DNA from: a virus
IMG/VR virus record: IMGVR_UViG_3300042564_002580
Coordinates: 53,028-117,027 of that record
Length of the DNA stretch: 64,000 nucleotides
Direction: 5' to 3' (one strand)
The position numbers were made by a program, and so were the translations under genes. This document shows positions 38,578 to 49,007 of the stretch, one piece after another (position 1 is the first letter of the stretch; every line of letters starts with the position of its first letter). The notes under the pieces are model-generated. The model was not told the DNA's origin and searched no databases. It saw only the letters and a program-made list of their open reading frames with translations.

Positions 38578-39252
38578 ATGGGAATAGTAAAAGGTTTGTC
38601 AGGAATGACAAAGGCAATGGACAAGGTTACATACACTAGTTCAGAAGATAGCAAGGCAAAGTGGTTAAAGATTGAAGATGGAGAAGCAGTAAAGATTCGC
38701 TTCTTGCAAGAGCTTGATCCAGATTCACCACACTATAATGAAAAAATGGGTTGCGGATTTTTTGCAATTGAGCACACAAACCCTAAAGATTATCGCCGTA
38801 AGGCACTAGACACAATGGAAGATGAAGGCCGTGACTGGGCTCAAGAACAGCACCGTAAAGATCCAAAGGCTGGCTGGGGTGCAAGAAAGCGCCTATATAT
38901 TAATGTCCTAGTTGATGACGGAAAGACTGAGCCATATGTAGCAATTCTTTCTCAAGGAGTAAGCGGTAAAACAATTACACCAACACTGATTGAATATGCA
39001 AATGAAATGGGAAGCATCACAAATCTAATGTGGCGTGTAAAGCGTAGTGGTCTTAAGACAGACACAAGCTACACAATTATACCGTTGGCTAAAGATGAAA
39101 AGCCATTCGACTTTTCTGCTGTCGAGCTGTTTGATTTAGAAAAAACAGCAGTGCGTAGCGTTCCATACGCAGAGCAGGAAGCATTCTATACTGGTGAGTC
39201 ATCTCCAGAAGAACGAGAGTCATCTTCAACAAGTAGCAGCGTAGACTGGTAA
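38578..39252 (+). CDS. Phage single-stranded DNA-binding protein (gp32-like, putative)
   Basis: KIRFL, LYINVLV, KRSGLKTDTSY, acidic/Ser tail ending in DW; lies between primase and polymerase. Confidence 0.65.
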   Translation: MGIVKGLSGMTKAMDKVTYTSSEDSKAKWLKIEDGEAVKIRFLQELDPDSPHYNEKMGCGFFAIEHTNPKDYRRKALDTMEDEGRDWAQEQHRKDPKAGWGARKRLYINVLVDDGKTEPYVAILSQGVSGKTITPTLIEYANEMGSITNLMWRVKRSGLKTDTSYTIIPLAKDEKPFDFSAVELFDLEKTAVRSVPYAEQEAFYTGESSPEERESSSTSSSVDW

Positions 39253-39277
39253 GAGAGAGTATAGGCGGAGAATTAAG

Positions 39278-42200
39278 TTGAACTTCACACATTTACATGT
39301 GCATTCTTTCTATTCATTAATGGATGGGCTTAATTCTCCCGCCGAACTCGTAAAAGCTGCGAAGGAAGCAGGGCAGACTTCTTTGGCAATTACTGACCAC
39401 GGAACTTTGTCTTCACACCGTGAAATGCAAATTGCATGTAAAGATCAAGGCATTAAGCCAATTCTCGGAGTTGAAGCTTACATTTCTCCGACAGATAGAT
39501 TTGATCGTTCATCTAAGACAGATAAGTCTATTCAGGCTTATAACCACATTATTCTTTTAGCTAAAAATAAAAAAGGTCTTGAGAATATTAATATACTACA
39601 GGAACTTGCATGGAATGAAGGTTTTTATCACAAGCCACGTATTGATAGGGAGGTTCTTAGGGAATATGCTGAAGGCATTATTGTATTGTCTGGATGCCTT
39701 AATGGGCTTATCTCTAAGGCTATCGAAAGGGGCGAATTTTCTGAAGCTAAAATGGTTCTCAAAGATTTTCAAAAAACTTTCGGTCAAGATTTTTATGTTG
39801 AGGTTCAATCTCACAATCCGCAAGAAATAAATTTAAAGCTGCTTGAATTAGCAGATGAGCTTAAAATAAAGGCGGTAGCAACAGGTGATGCTCATTTCGC
39901 TAAAGAAGAAGACCGTGTACTAGAAGAAGCAATGCTTATTCTATCAACATCTCCTAAGTCAGATAAAGATGCAGACTTTGAAATGTCAAGACAAATGCCA
40001 GATATGATGGATAGATTTAATTACCTATATCCAGAACGTAGAATATCATTTCAAGACTATAATCTATTTATTCAAAGTAGGTCTGAAATTGAGGCGGACT
40101 TTAATAAAGTAGGAATTACTCGTACAGACATATACGATAATACAATGGAAATTGCTGATAAAATTGGCGAGTATGACTTCCATGAGGGGCTAGATCTGCT
40201 ACCTATCCCAAAGACCAATGCTGACAAGAAACTGTCTGATATGGCCTTAGAAGGCCTTAAAAGACTATCCCTAGACAAAGATCAGGTCTACTTGGATAGA
40301 ATTGCAGAAGAATTATCTATAATTAAAGATAAGGCATTTGCTTCATATTTCCTAGTTGTAGCAGATATGATTACATGGGCTAAGTCAAATAATATTATGG
40401 TTGGCCCAGGACGTGGCTCTGCAGCTGGCTCATTAGTTTGCTATGCCCTTGGAATTACAGATGTGGATCCAATTAAATATGATCTTCTATTCTTCCGATT
40501 TATTAACCCAGAGCGCAATGACTTCCCAGATATTGATACCGATTTTGAAGACCGCCGTCGCAAAGAGGTAAAGGATTACTTAAAGAAAAAGTTTAAGCAC
40601 GTTGCATCTATTTCTACATATACTTATTTTAAAGATAAGGGTGTAATTAGAGATGCTGCAAGAGTATTCATGGTTCCCCTTTCAGATGTTAATCGTGCAA
40701 TGAAATCGATTGATACATTTGAAGACTTTATGGATTCGCCAAATACAAAAGAATTTAGAGCAAAGTATCCAGAAGTAACTTGGCTTGCAGAAAGACTTCG
40801 TGGAAAGATTCGAAGTGTTGGAGTCCATGCTGCAGGTGTTGTAGTTGCAAAAGATGATTTAAGAAAGTACGCACCAATAGAGTCCAGAGCTGATGCAAAT
40901 GATGAAGTCTCTGGAAGAATTCCAGTCGTGGCATACGATATGGATACGGTTGCAGATATCGGTCTTATTAAGCTAGATGCCCTAGGTCTTAAGACTTTAT
41001 CTGTGATCTCTGATACTTTAAAATCAATTAAGAGTCGATATGACAAAGATATTAATCTTTATGACATTGCTTTAGATGATGAGAATGTTTATAAAATTTT
41101 TAACGATGGATACACAAAAGGAATATTCCAGGCAGAAGCAACACCATATACAAACTTACTTATAAAAATGCGTGTCGATAAATTTGAAGACTTAGCTGCA
41201 TCAAATGCTTTGGTTAGACCAGGAGCTATGAATACAGTTGGAGCCTCTTACATCAAGCGTAAGCACGGTAATGAAGCAGTTAATTATATCCATCCAATTA
41301 TGAAACCTTTTACAGAAAATACATACGGGGTGATTATATATCAAGAGCAGGTTATGCAAGCATGCGTACACCTAGGAGGAATGACTTGGTCAGAGGCTGA
41401 CAAGGTTAGAAAGGTTATTGGTAAAAAGCAAGATGCAAAAGAACTCAGTCCATTCAAAGATAAATTTATTCAGGGCGCTAAAAAGCATATCAGCGCAGAA
41501 GAAGCAGACAATCTCTGGAAAACATTCGAAGCTCACGCTGGATACTCATTCAATCGTAGTCACGCTGTCGCTTATTCTATGCTTTCTTATTATACCGCTT
41601 GGCTTAAGTGCTATTATCCTTTGGAATTTTTATTCTCGATCCTTAAAAATGAAGGGGACAAAGACGCCAGAACAGGCTATTTGATTGAGGCTAAGAGGCT
41701 TGGGATTAAAGTTAAGCTGCCACATGTAAATGAATCAGATGTAAATTTTTCACTACAAAAAGATTCAATTAGATTTGGTTTAGCTGAAGTTAAATTTATT
41801 TCAGACAGCATTGCAAATAAAATTATTGAAAAGAGACCTTATGAAAACTATAAAGATTTTGTTGACAAGGCATCCAAAAAGGGTAGCGGCATTAACTCTA
41901 GGGCCGTTAATTCTCTTAATGCTATTGGGGGCGCTGCTTTTGATGATAACCCTAGAAGCGGTAAAGAAGCAGAGTCTTATTACGAGTTTTTAGGAATACC
42001 TTCCTTTAACCTATCCAACTTAGAGCCAAGAGTAAAGGCACAAGCTAGACCTATTGATGAGTTTGAAGAGCTAGGATCTTTTGTTATGTTTGGAATGGCT
42101 AAAAGTATAAAGCGTGGGAATGGCTGGTCACGAATAGAGTTAGTCGATGAAAGTGGATCTGTTGGACTGTTTGATATTGAACAGACAAAAATAGAAACAA

Positions 42201-42547
42201 ACAAAATGTATTTTGTTTTAGTTGGAGACAATAGAATATCTAGATATATAGATGTAGATTCTATTACCAAAGATTCAGATGATCCATTTGTAAAGTATTT
42301 ATATGCAAAGTCTTACCCTATTGACGAAAATCAAAGGTTTGTGATAAGCTATACTCCATATAAAACAAAAGCTGGCAAAACCATGGCTCACCTTGTAATG
42401 TCAGATAAAGATAAGAATTTAAATAGAGCAATTGTGTTTTCAAGCATGTACCCACTTTCGTTGGCAAAGATGCGAGAAGGAATGATATGCGAGCCAGTTC
42501 TAAAAACTTTAGAAGATGGAACACTTATGGTTAAGGAAGTAAAATGA
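39278..42547 (+). CDS. dnaE: DNA polymerase III alpha subunit (family C)
   Basis: HLHVHS..SLMDG, AITDHG, GPGRGSAAGSL, PDIDTDF, HAAGVV, KLDALGL, YSFNRSHA. Confidence 0.96.
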   Translation: MNFTHLHVHSFYSLMDGLNSPAELVKAAKEAGQTSLAITDHGTLSSHREMQIACKDQGIKPILGVEAYISPTDRFDRSSKTDKSIQAYNHIILLAKNKKGLENINILQELAWNEGFYHKPRIDREVLREYAEGIIVLSGCLNGLISKAIERGEFSEAKMVLKDFQKTFGQDFYVEVQSHNPQEINLKLLELADELKIKAVATGDAHFAKEEDRVLEEAMLILSTSPKSDKDADFEMSRQMPDMMDRFNYLYPERRISFQDYNLFIQSRSEIEADFNKVGITRTDIYDNTMEIADKIGEYDFHEGLDLLPIPKTNADKKLSDMALEGLKRLSLDKDQVYLDRIAEELSIIKDKAFASYFLVVADMITWAKSNNIMVGPGRGSAAGSLVCYALGITDVDPIKYDLLFFRFINPERNDFPDIDTDFEDRRRKEVKDYLKKKFKHVASISTYTYFKDKGVIRDAARVFMVPLSDVNRAMKSIDTFEDFMDSPNTKEFRAKYPEVTWLAERLRGKIRSVGVHAAGVVVAKDDLRKYAPIESRADANDEVSGRIPVVAYDMDTVADIGLIKLDALGLKTLSVISDTLKSIKSRYDKDINLYDIALDDENVYKIFNDGYTKGIFQAEATPYTNLLIKMRVDKFEDLAASNALVRPGAMNTVGASYIKRKHGNEAVNYIHPIMKPFTENTYGVIIYQEQVMQACVHLGGMTWSEADKVRKVIGKKQDAKELSPFKDKFIQGAKKHISAEEADNLWKTFEAHAGYSFNRSHAVAYSMLSYYTAWLKCYYPLEFLFSILKNEGDKDARTGYLIEAKRLGIKVKLPHVNESDVNFSLQKDSIRFGLAEVKFISDSIANKIIEKRPYENYKDFVDKASKKGSGINSRAVNSLNAIGGAAFDDNPRSGKEAESYYEFLGIPSFNLSNLEPRVKAQARPIDEFEELGSFVMFGMAKSIKRGNGWSRIELVDESGSVGLFDIEQTKIETNKMYFVLVGDNRISRYIDVDSITKDSDDPFVKYLYAKSYPIDENQRFVISYTPYKTKAGKTMAHLVMSDKDKNLNRAIVFSSMYPLSLAKMREGMICEPVLKTLEDGTLMVKEVK

Positions 42548-42768
42548 CAGATAGCACTGAAGACGTATTCAAGACGATGAACTCATCTAGGGTTCTAGTT
42601 GCGATATTAAATAAGATAGGATCTATTGAGATTCCAACCGAAGACTTTGTAAAAGCAAGTAGCGAGGACGCTCAGCTATCAGTAACTTATAATAATGAAA
42701 CATTGTCATTTGAGTTTAAGATTGAGGATAAGGGCACAGATTCTAACCTTGAAGTGATATCTGATTAA
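42544..42768 (+). CDS. Hypothetical protein
   Basis: ATGA overlap, AAGGA RBS. Confidence 0.65.
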   Translation: MTDSTEDVFKTMNSSRVLVAILNKIGSIEIPTEDFVKASSEDAQLSVTYNNETLSFEFKIEDKGTDSNLEVISD

Positions 42769-42772
42769 TCAA

Positions 42773-43777
42773 ATGGATATTAACTTAGATGACATCTTAG
42801 CAAAGCTAGATCCCAAGACCAGGGCTAGAGTACAATCCGCTGTTGATATACAGGTGGATAGGCAGCCTACTTCTAGTATAGGTTTAAACTTTGCCCTTAA
42901 TGGTGGATTTGCTTACGGCAGACAGATACTTGTATGGGGAAATAAATCGGCTGGAAAATCTTCTTTCTGTCTGCAGATGATTGCATTAGCCCAAAAAGAA
43001 GGAAAGACTTGCGCCTGGATTGACGCAGAGCACTCTTATGATCCAGCATGGGCTGAAAAACTAGGAGTAAACTCAAAAGAATTAATATACTCTCCAGCAA
43101 AAACTGTAAACGATATGGTTGATGTTGCAACAAAACTAATGGAGGCAGGTGTTGACATAATTGTAGTAGACTCTATCTCAGCTTTATTGCCAGCAATCTA
43201 TTTTGAAAAAGATGGAAATGAAATGAAAGATTTGCAAGACACAAAGCAAATCGGAGCAGAAGCAAAGGATATGACTCACGCAGTCAAGATGTTAAACTAT
43301 GCAAACAAAAATACGTTACTCGTTCTTATATCGCAGCAAAGAAATCAATTTGGATCTATGCATGCAAGCCACATCCCAACAGGAGGAATGGCTGTTAAGT
43401 TCTTCTCCTCTACCGTCATCAAGCTCTGGTCTTCAGAAGCTGAGGCTAACGCTATTAAAGCAGGTGTTAAGGTTGGCGACAAAATTATTGAGCAAAGAGT
43501 TGGAAGGCCCGTCAACTGGATTGTTGATTACAACAAACTCGGTCCCCCTAACCTCTCTGGCCAATACGACTTTTACTACCAAGGAGAATCTCTCGGGATA
43601 GATTATGTCGGTGAGACCTTAGACGTTGCAGAAATGTGCGGTATTGTTGAAAAGGGTGGCGCCTGGTATACTATAAATAAAGAAAGATTCCAGGGAAGAG
43701 CAAAAGCTGTTGCCTACCTAAAAGAAAACCCAGAAGTTGTAGACTATTTAATTAAGGAAATAAGTGCCAGATCTTAA
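42773..43777 (+). CDS. recA: RecA/UvsX-like recombinase
   Basis: GNKSAGKS, WIDAEH, VVDSISAL, ISQQR, TGGMAVKF, GAWY, QGR. Confidence 0.93.
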   Translation: MDINLDDILAKLDPKTRARVQSAVDIQVDRQPTSSIGLNFALNGGFAYGRQILVWGNKSAGKSSFCLQMIALAQKEGKTCAWIDAEHSYDPAWAEKLGVNSKELIYSPAKTVNDMVDVATKLMEAGVDIIVVDSISALLPAIYFEKDGNEMKDLQDTKQIGAEAKDMTHAVKMLNYANKNTLLVLISQQRNQFGSMHASHIPTGGMAVKFFSSTVIKLWSSEAEANAIKAGVKVGDKIIEQRVGRPVNWIVDYNKLGPPNLSGQYDFYYQGESLGIDYVGETLDVAEMCGIVEKGGAWYTINKERFQGRAKAVAYLKENPEVVDYLIKEISARS

Positions 43778-43955
43778 TGAGTTTTTAAATAAACAAGAGC
43801 GTAAGGATATCAATTCTACATTTGAAATTCTTAGCGGTGTCAGACCATGCTCTAAATGTGATATAGATGTAGATGGTGGGTGGTGGGATCCCGACAATTT
43901 AATAATGAAGTGGACCTGTTCTGATGGGCATGAAACAATCCATAGGGTAGGATAA
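43764..43955 (+). CDS. Small zinc-binding hypothetical protein
   Basis: CSKC...WTCSDGH. Confidence 0.6.
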   Translation: MPDLNEFLNKQERKDINSTFEILSGVRPCSKCDIDVDGGWWDPDNLIMKWTCSDGHETIHRVG

Positions 43956-44260
43956 TGTCAGAAAGAGCGGAAGTAAAAAGAGACGGGGCGAAGGCTCAAA
44001 AAAATAGTGGTCGAGGTAATTACCAAAAGGGTGACGCTAGGTGGAAAATGTTCCTTGTTGACTATAAAGAATCTAAATCTTCATTTAATTTAAATAAGCC
44101 TGTGTGGGCTAAAATATGTACAGATACTTTTAAAGTTGATAGAGATATGCATCCAGCACTTAAAGTTATAATAGGTTCAGATAATAAGGTCAGGCTTGGT
44201 ATAATAGAGTGGTCAGTTTTGGAAGAACTGATTGATTTCTGGGAGGAAAAACATGTTTAG
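43955..44260 (+). CDS. PD-(D/E)xK nuclease / Hjc-like resolvase (putative)
   Basis: SE..., NSGRG..KGD, VDYKE pattern. Confidence 0.6.
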   Translation: MSERAEVKRDGAKAQKNSGRGNYQKGDARWKMFLVDYKESKSSFNLNKPVWAKICTDTFKVDRDMHPALKVIIGSDNKVRLGIIEWSVLEELIDFWEEKHV

Positions 44261-45245
44261 TTTAGATGAAAAGCACCAGATAATGCCATTTGTTACCTTA
44301 TATAAAAACGCAATTAAAAACCCTAAAGACTTTCTAGAAATAATTAAATCTTCTGAAGGCCAAATTAATAGCGACGATTCCCCACACTCTTGGAGCGCAT
44401 GGGATAATTTTGGAATAAAAGCAAACTTGCATGATATACATATGCAATCAGATAAAGACATCCACCCAGGCAAAAACATACTTGATGAATTTAATAATTT
44501 AATTAATGCTGGTCTAGATGAGTATATAAAATATTGGATTCTAGATAATAATGCTAGTAAATATAAGACAACAAATCCAGAGCATTGGAAAAACATATTC
44601 CCAGAGTTTGTTAAAAATTGGAACTACAAAACAGATTTGGTAGAGCTGACAGAAGACTTTGAGTCTTGCGAAACAGTAATGATTGCTACTGGAAATCCTG
44701 GCTGGATAAGATCTGGAATAGATATCCTAAAACACAAAGAGAATACTGTCGATAAGTTTGCAATAGGTTATCACATTGACACAGATGGAAGCTTAGACAC
44801 ACCAGGACCAAAGACAGTTATTACTGCTACCATATATATTAACGACGACTATGAAGGTGGAGGAGTCTCTTATCTAAATGAGTTTGATGGAACTGTGGTA
44901 AACTACAAGCCATCAGCAGGGGACCTTGTAATATTCCCATCATCAAAACCTTTTTTTCACGCAGCACTTCCATTAAGCGGAGATAAGCCAAAATATTTAG
45001 CTAGAAAATTTTTAAGATGGAAAAGCACTGGGTCTTTAGATTGGGAAAATGAAATTAAAAAAAATGGAGAAGACTTTACTCTAAGACTGTATACTGAAAA
45101 AAGAAAAATTGAATCAGCAATGGGATATTACACAAAAAGAGTTTTTCTTAAAGATGAAGATAGGTCTACGCAAGAACAGCACGGAGACCCGTTCTTTGTA
45201 AAAGATATAATTGATTTTAATAAAAAAATAAATGGGGTCCTATAA
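44253..45245 (+). CDS. 2OG-Fe(II) oxygenase, paralog 1 of tandem trio
   Basis: YHID, IYINDDYEGG, FHAALP, KY; GGAGG RBS supports ATG 44253. Confidence 0.88.
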   Translation: MFSLDEKHQIMPFVTLYKNAIKNPKDFLEIIKSSEGQINSDDSPHSWSAWDNFGIKANLHDIHMQSDKDIHPGKNILDEFNNLINAGLDEYIKYWILDNNASKYKTTNPEHWKNIFPEFVKNWNYKTDLVELTEDFESCETVMIATGNPGWIRSGIDILKHKENTVDKFAIGYHIDTDGSLDTPGPKTVITATIYINDDYEGGGVSYLNEFDGTVVNYKPSAGDLVIFPSSKPFFHAALPLSGDKPKYLARKFLRWKSTGSLDWENEIKKNGEDFTLRLYTEKRKIESAMGYYTKRVFLKDEDRSTQEQHGDPFFVKDIIDFNKKINGVL

Positions 45246-46336
45246 TGTGGGAAGGACATCCAAACTTTGCCCCTGGGTATAAAAAGAACTACGATCTTTC
45301 AAAAAAACATGACCTGTTCCCATACATATCTGTATACTCTGGAGGAATTCCAAACCCAGAAGAAGTACTAGAGGTAATAAAAAAATCAGAGTCTTTAGAA
45401 AAAATTGGACCATACTTAAGCAAATGGGAAAGGTGGTACGATTTTGGTTTAAAATCAAGACTATGCCAACACTCAGAAACAAAAAATTTAATAACATTAA
45501 ATTCTGAGCATTTAAATATGTTAACTGAAGACGAAGATAAAACCTTTTACGAGCAAGAAAAACTTTATTTCGAAATAGACGCAGCAGTTTATTCAGCAAT
45601 GCAAGATTATTTAGATAACTGGGTGGACAAGCCCTTTGACCCATCAGATTTTACTGATGATTGGGAGTATAAGAAATCAATTTTCCCAGAGTGGTTGCCA
45701 GATTGGAATATTAGGGAGACATCTGGAAAGATAGGAACTGGTTGGCTACAAAGCTCTTATGATGTTTTAAAACATAATTCTGAAACTGATACTAGAAATA
45801 ACCGTGAGTATGCAATTGGATTTCACACGGATAATAAAGCTAGCATGGTTTCAATGCCAGGACCAAAGCCAATTTTAACAGCAACAATTTATTTAAACGA
45901 CGATTATGAAGGCGGAGAGGTTTCCTTTCTCGCAGATAAAAGCTCATCTGTAATAACTTATAAACCAAAAGCTGGTGACATAACAGTGTTCCCATCATAC
46001 AATCCCTTTTTTCATGCTGCTCTACCAGTAAGTGGAGGCAATAAGTATTTAATTAGATATTTTTTATGTTATTATTATGCAGGATCAGAAGAATATATGG
46101 ATGGAGTAAAAGAGCATGGTGAAAATGTCTGGAAAAAAATGCAGCAGTACAGAATCATTGCTGAAGATAACTCTGGAATGCACGAAAGACATGTTCTAAT
46201 GCCAGGGGATAATCCGCAAGAAACATTTATGAATTGGTCAAAAATTTATAGAAAGCAATCTTCTATAAATCGTCCACCATTTTTTGCAGAGAACGTAAAG
46301 TATATTGATGGGAGAAAAGATTTTGAAGAGCTATGA
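45245..46336 (+). CDS. 2OG-Fe(II) oxygenase, paralog 2 of tandem trio
   Basis: FHTD, IYLNDDYEGGE, FHAALP, KY. Confidence 0.88.
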   Translation: MWEGHPNFAPGYKKNYDLSKKHDLFPYISVYSGGIPNPEEVLEVIKKSESLEKIGPYLSKWERWYDFGLKSRLCQHSETKNLITLNSEHLNMLTEDEDKTFYEQEKLYFEIDAAVYSAMQDYLDNWVDKPFDPSDFTDDWEYKKSIFPEWLPDWNIRETSGKIGTGWLQSSYDVLKHNSETDTRNNREYAIGFHTDNKASMVSMPGPKPILTATIYLNDDYEGGEVSFLADKSSSVITYKPKAGDITVFPSYNPFFHAALPVSGGNKYLIRYFLCYYYAGSEEYMDGVKEHGENVWKKMQQYRIIAEDNSGMHERHVLMPGDNPQETFMNWSKIYRKQSSINRPPFFAENVKYIDGRKDFEEL

Positions 46337-47333
46337 GATATTTAAGCAGTGCGTTGTTTATCAAGTTGATGATTTCGATCACGATTTAGTTCTCGATGTA
46401 ATAAAGAATTCAGAATCACTTGAAGATGGATTTTTAATAGAAAAATGGAATGATTGGTATACGTTTGGATCAAAATCAAAATTTGCTGATCCTAGACAAG
46501 AAAAAAATCCTATAAAATGGATATCTGATCTAGACGATATACATACAGACGCCCATCTAAAAGTTAAAAATGTTATAGACTTATGCATAAATGATTACGT
46601 TGAAAAGTATTTAGATCACAATGAATCATCTTACCCAGAGTATGTTGATTTTTCTAATATGAATAAGGGGTCAAAGACAGAGGACCTCCTTGGCTTACAG
46701 ATAGTTACTTGCGATAGCACTGGCGATCCCATTTTTAGAGACCCTACTAGTGGATGGACTCAGGGCTCTTACGACTTACTAAAACACAATCCAGATACAA
46801 ATAGAGAGTATGCAATAGGTTGGCACACAGATAGACCAAGTGGTTTAGATAGCTCCCCAGGCCCAAAATCTATTCTTACTACAACAATTTATTTAAATGA
46901 TGACTACGAAGGCGGAGAAGTTGCATTTCTAAAAGAAGGTGATGATGAGGTAATTGTTTACAAGCCAAAAGCTGGTGACATAGTTATTTTCCCTTCATGC
47001 GAACCGTTCCACCACGCTGCTATGCCAATAAATTCTAGTTCGTCAAAATATTTTATTAGAAATTTTTTAACTTGGTCATATGAGGGAAGTAAAGAGTGGA
47101 TTGAATCTGCAAAAAAATTTGGAATAGATGAATGGATACAGATGGAGCACCAAAGGGTTCAGTCAGAAAATATTTCTGGGAAAGGAAGAAAGCATGTTGT
47201 TCTTCCAGGGGGAATAAATAAAAAAGAAAAATGGTCACTGGCTGATCCATATTATTCAGAGTCTCAGGTAAATGCAGAAGACTATTACATAAAAGAAGTT
47301 ATATATATGGATGGAAAGTCTTTACAAAAATAA
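46305..47333 (+). CDS. 2OG-Fe(II) oxygenase, paralog 3 of tandem trio
   Basis: WHTD, IYLNDDYEGGE, HHAAMP, KY; true start may be TTG 46323. Confidence 0.88.
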   Translation: MMGEKILKSYEIFKQCVVYQVDDFDHDLVLDVIKNSESLEDGFLIEKWNDWYTFGSKSKFADPRQEKNPIKWISDLDDIHTDAHLKVKNVIDLCINDYVEKYLDHNESSYPEYVDFSNMNKGSKTEDLLGLQIVTCDSTGDPIFRDPTSGWTQGSYDLLKHNPDTNREYAIGWHTDRPSGLDSSPGPKSILTTTIYLNDDYEGGEVAFLKEGDDEVIVYKPKAGDIVIFPSCEPFHHAAMPINSSSSKYFIRNFLTWSYEGSKEWIESAKKFGIDEWIQMEHQRVQSENISGKGRKHVVLPGGINKKEKWSLADPYYSESQVNAEDYYIKEVIYMDGKSLQK

Positions 47334-47397
47334 AAAAATTTACTATACTTAGTAATGAGCAATTTAAAATAAATTTCTCACCTTCATAAGGAGTATA

Positions 47398-47790
47398 ATG
47401 GCTAATCCAACAATTACAATAGTAGGAAGAGTTGGCAGCGACCCAGAATCAGTAGGCTCTAATGGTCTTCGTTTCAGAGTTGCCACAAATGATCGAGTTA
47501 AGAATGATGTAACTGGTGCGTGGGAAGATAAAAACACATCCTGGTGGACAGTAAAAGCATGGCGTACATTAGCAGATCAATCAAAATCAGTAATTCGGAA
47601 GGGCATGGAAGTCACAATAGTTGGTAAAATTTATGAAGATACTTGGACAGATAAAGACGGTATCAAAAAGAGTTCTTACGAAATTAATGCTGATTCTATT
47701 TCTGTAACCACCTACACCTTGTCTAAGGATAAAGTACCAAGCAATGAAGAATTCCCATCTTACAAGACATATGCAGAGGTTCCATTTTAA
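47398..47790 (+). CDS. ssb: Bacterial-type single-stranded DNA-binding protein
   Basis: ITIVGRVGSDP, FRVATN, TSWWTVKAWRTLA, KGMEVTIVG, C-terminal EVPF. Confidence 0.9.
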   Translation: MANPTITIVGRVGSDPESVGSNGLRFRVATNDRVKNDVTGAWEDKNTSWWTVKAWRTLADQSKSVIRKGMEVTIVGKIYEDTWTDKDGIKKSSYEINADSISVTTYTLSKDKVPSNEEFPSYKTYAEVPF

Positions 47791-47894
47791 TGCTATCTTT
47801 TTTGTTTGGTCTAATGGTTGGATTTTTAGTTGGCTATGGAATGGGATTGCTTATGGATAGATGGGACAAAAAGATTAAAAATGACAGAAGATAA
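47790..47894 (+). CDS. 34-aa single-pass membrane microprotein (not in ORF track)
   Basis: MLSFLFGLMVGFLVGYGMGLLMDRWDKKIKNDRR; TAATG overlap with ssb. Confidence 0.65.
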   Translation: MLSFLFGLMVGFLVGYGMGLLMDRWDKKIKNDRR

Positions 47895-48219
47895 AAATAC
47901 ATTAGAGCTTATTAACTCTATAACAGAGTTTAATGATCTTCATGAGTATATGAATGATGCTCAGCTAGATAGAGCGTTAGCTGTCATTGTAAAACTACTT
48001 TTAAACCCAGATGTTCCTGCAGCCAAAGCGCCACAGCTTATTATTGAGCTGCAGGCTATGTCTACAAAATTTGCCATGATGGCTTCATACTATTCTACAA
48101 TAGCAAAAGATAAAGCTGGCACAGCAAATAATAATAAGAAAAATATATATTACTCAGCAAAGGAGTCCATAGACAAACTTGTAGATGCACTTAAGTATGT
48201 CGTTAGGTATAATTTGTAA
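47881..48219 (+). CDS. Hypothetical helical protein
   Basis: Probable start ATG 47881; coupled to the exonuclease. Confidence 0.65.
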   Translation: MTEDKNTLELINSITEFNDLHEYMNDAQLDRALAVIVKLLLNPDVPAAKAPQLIIELQAMSTKFAMMASYYSTIAKDKAGTANNNKKNIYYSAKESIDKLVDALKYVVRYNL

Positions 48220-49007
48220 TGGGAAGAAACATAGTTAAAAATTTAAAGTTTAAAAAGCATACGGGTAAGTTCTTTGACCCAGAGCTTTTTGCATCAATGC
48301 TTGATGAGTCATATAAAAATACTAAAAGAGCAGATGGGGAAATGACAAAAAAATCTTTTAGCCCAAGCTCTTTGGGTTACGGTCATGGAACATGCCCAAG
48401 GTACTGGTACATGGCTTTTTCTGGTGCTGTTTTTATTGACAATAATGATGCAGTTGCAGTTGCAAACATGGCTCAGGGTACTCAGGCTCATGAAAGACTT
48501 CAAAACTTAATTAAAACTATGCCGCAGTGGATTGCAGAAGAAGAAGAGATTATAAATGAGTATCCACCAATCCGTGGCTTTATTGATCTTATTATGGAGT
48601 ACGACAATGAAATTGTAATCGGTGAAATAAAGACAGCAAAGCAAGAGGTGTGGGATACAAGGCAGGCAGAGATGAGCCCATCACCAAACCACCTACTACA
48701 GTTGTTGACATACATGAAGCTTAAGAATGCTAAAGAGGGATTTTTTCTTTATGAGAATAAAAACACTCAGGAGATATTAATTATTCCAGTATCTATGAAT
48801 GAGAAGAACACAAGGATTATCGAGGACACATTTTTGTGGATGAGAGAAGTCTGGGACAATTTTAAAGACGGTGACCTGCCGATGAAACCAGAGGGGGCAA
48901 CAAAGACCAAGATGCCTTGCACTTACTGCCCAATTAAAAAAGAATGTTATTCAAAGGATACACCTACTGGAACCGTACAGATAGAACGATTTAAGGTTGC
49001 TCTGTAA
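48219..49007 (+). CDS. Cas4-like/RecB-family PD-(D/E)xK exonuclease
   Basis: CPRYW, GTQAH, GFID, EIKT, QLLTY, C-terminal CTYCPIKKEC (4-Cys Fe-S pattern). Confidence 0.85.
   Translation: MGRNIVKNLKFKKHTGKFFDPELFASMLDESYKNTKRADGEMTKKSFSPSSLGYGHGTCPRYWYMAFSGAVFIDNNDAVAVANMAQGTQAHERLQNLIKTMPQWIAEEEEIINEYPPIRGFIDLIMEYDNEIVIGEIKTAKQEVWDTRQAEMSPSPNHLLQLLTYMKLKNAKEGFFLYENKNTQEILIIPVSMNEKNTRIIEDTFLWMREVWDNFKDGDLPMKPEGATKTKMPCTYCPIKKECYSKDTPTGTVQIERFKVAL

Noticed and set aside
48219-49007. Cas4-like gene as evidence of a CRISPR-Cas system
   Set aside because: No cas1/cas2, effector genes or array; solo Cas4-like exonucleases are common in phage recombination modules
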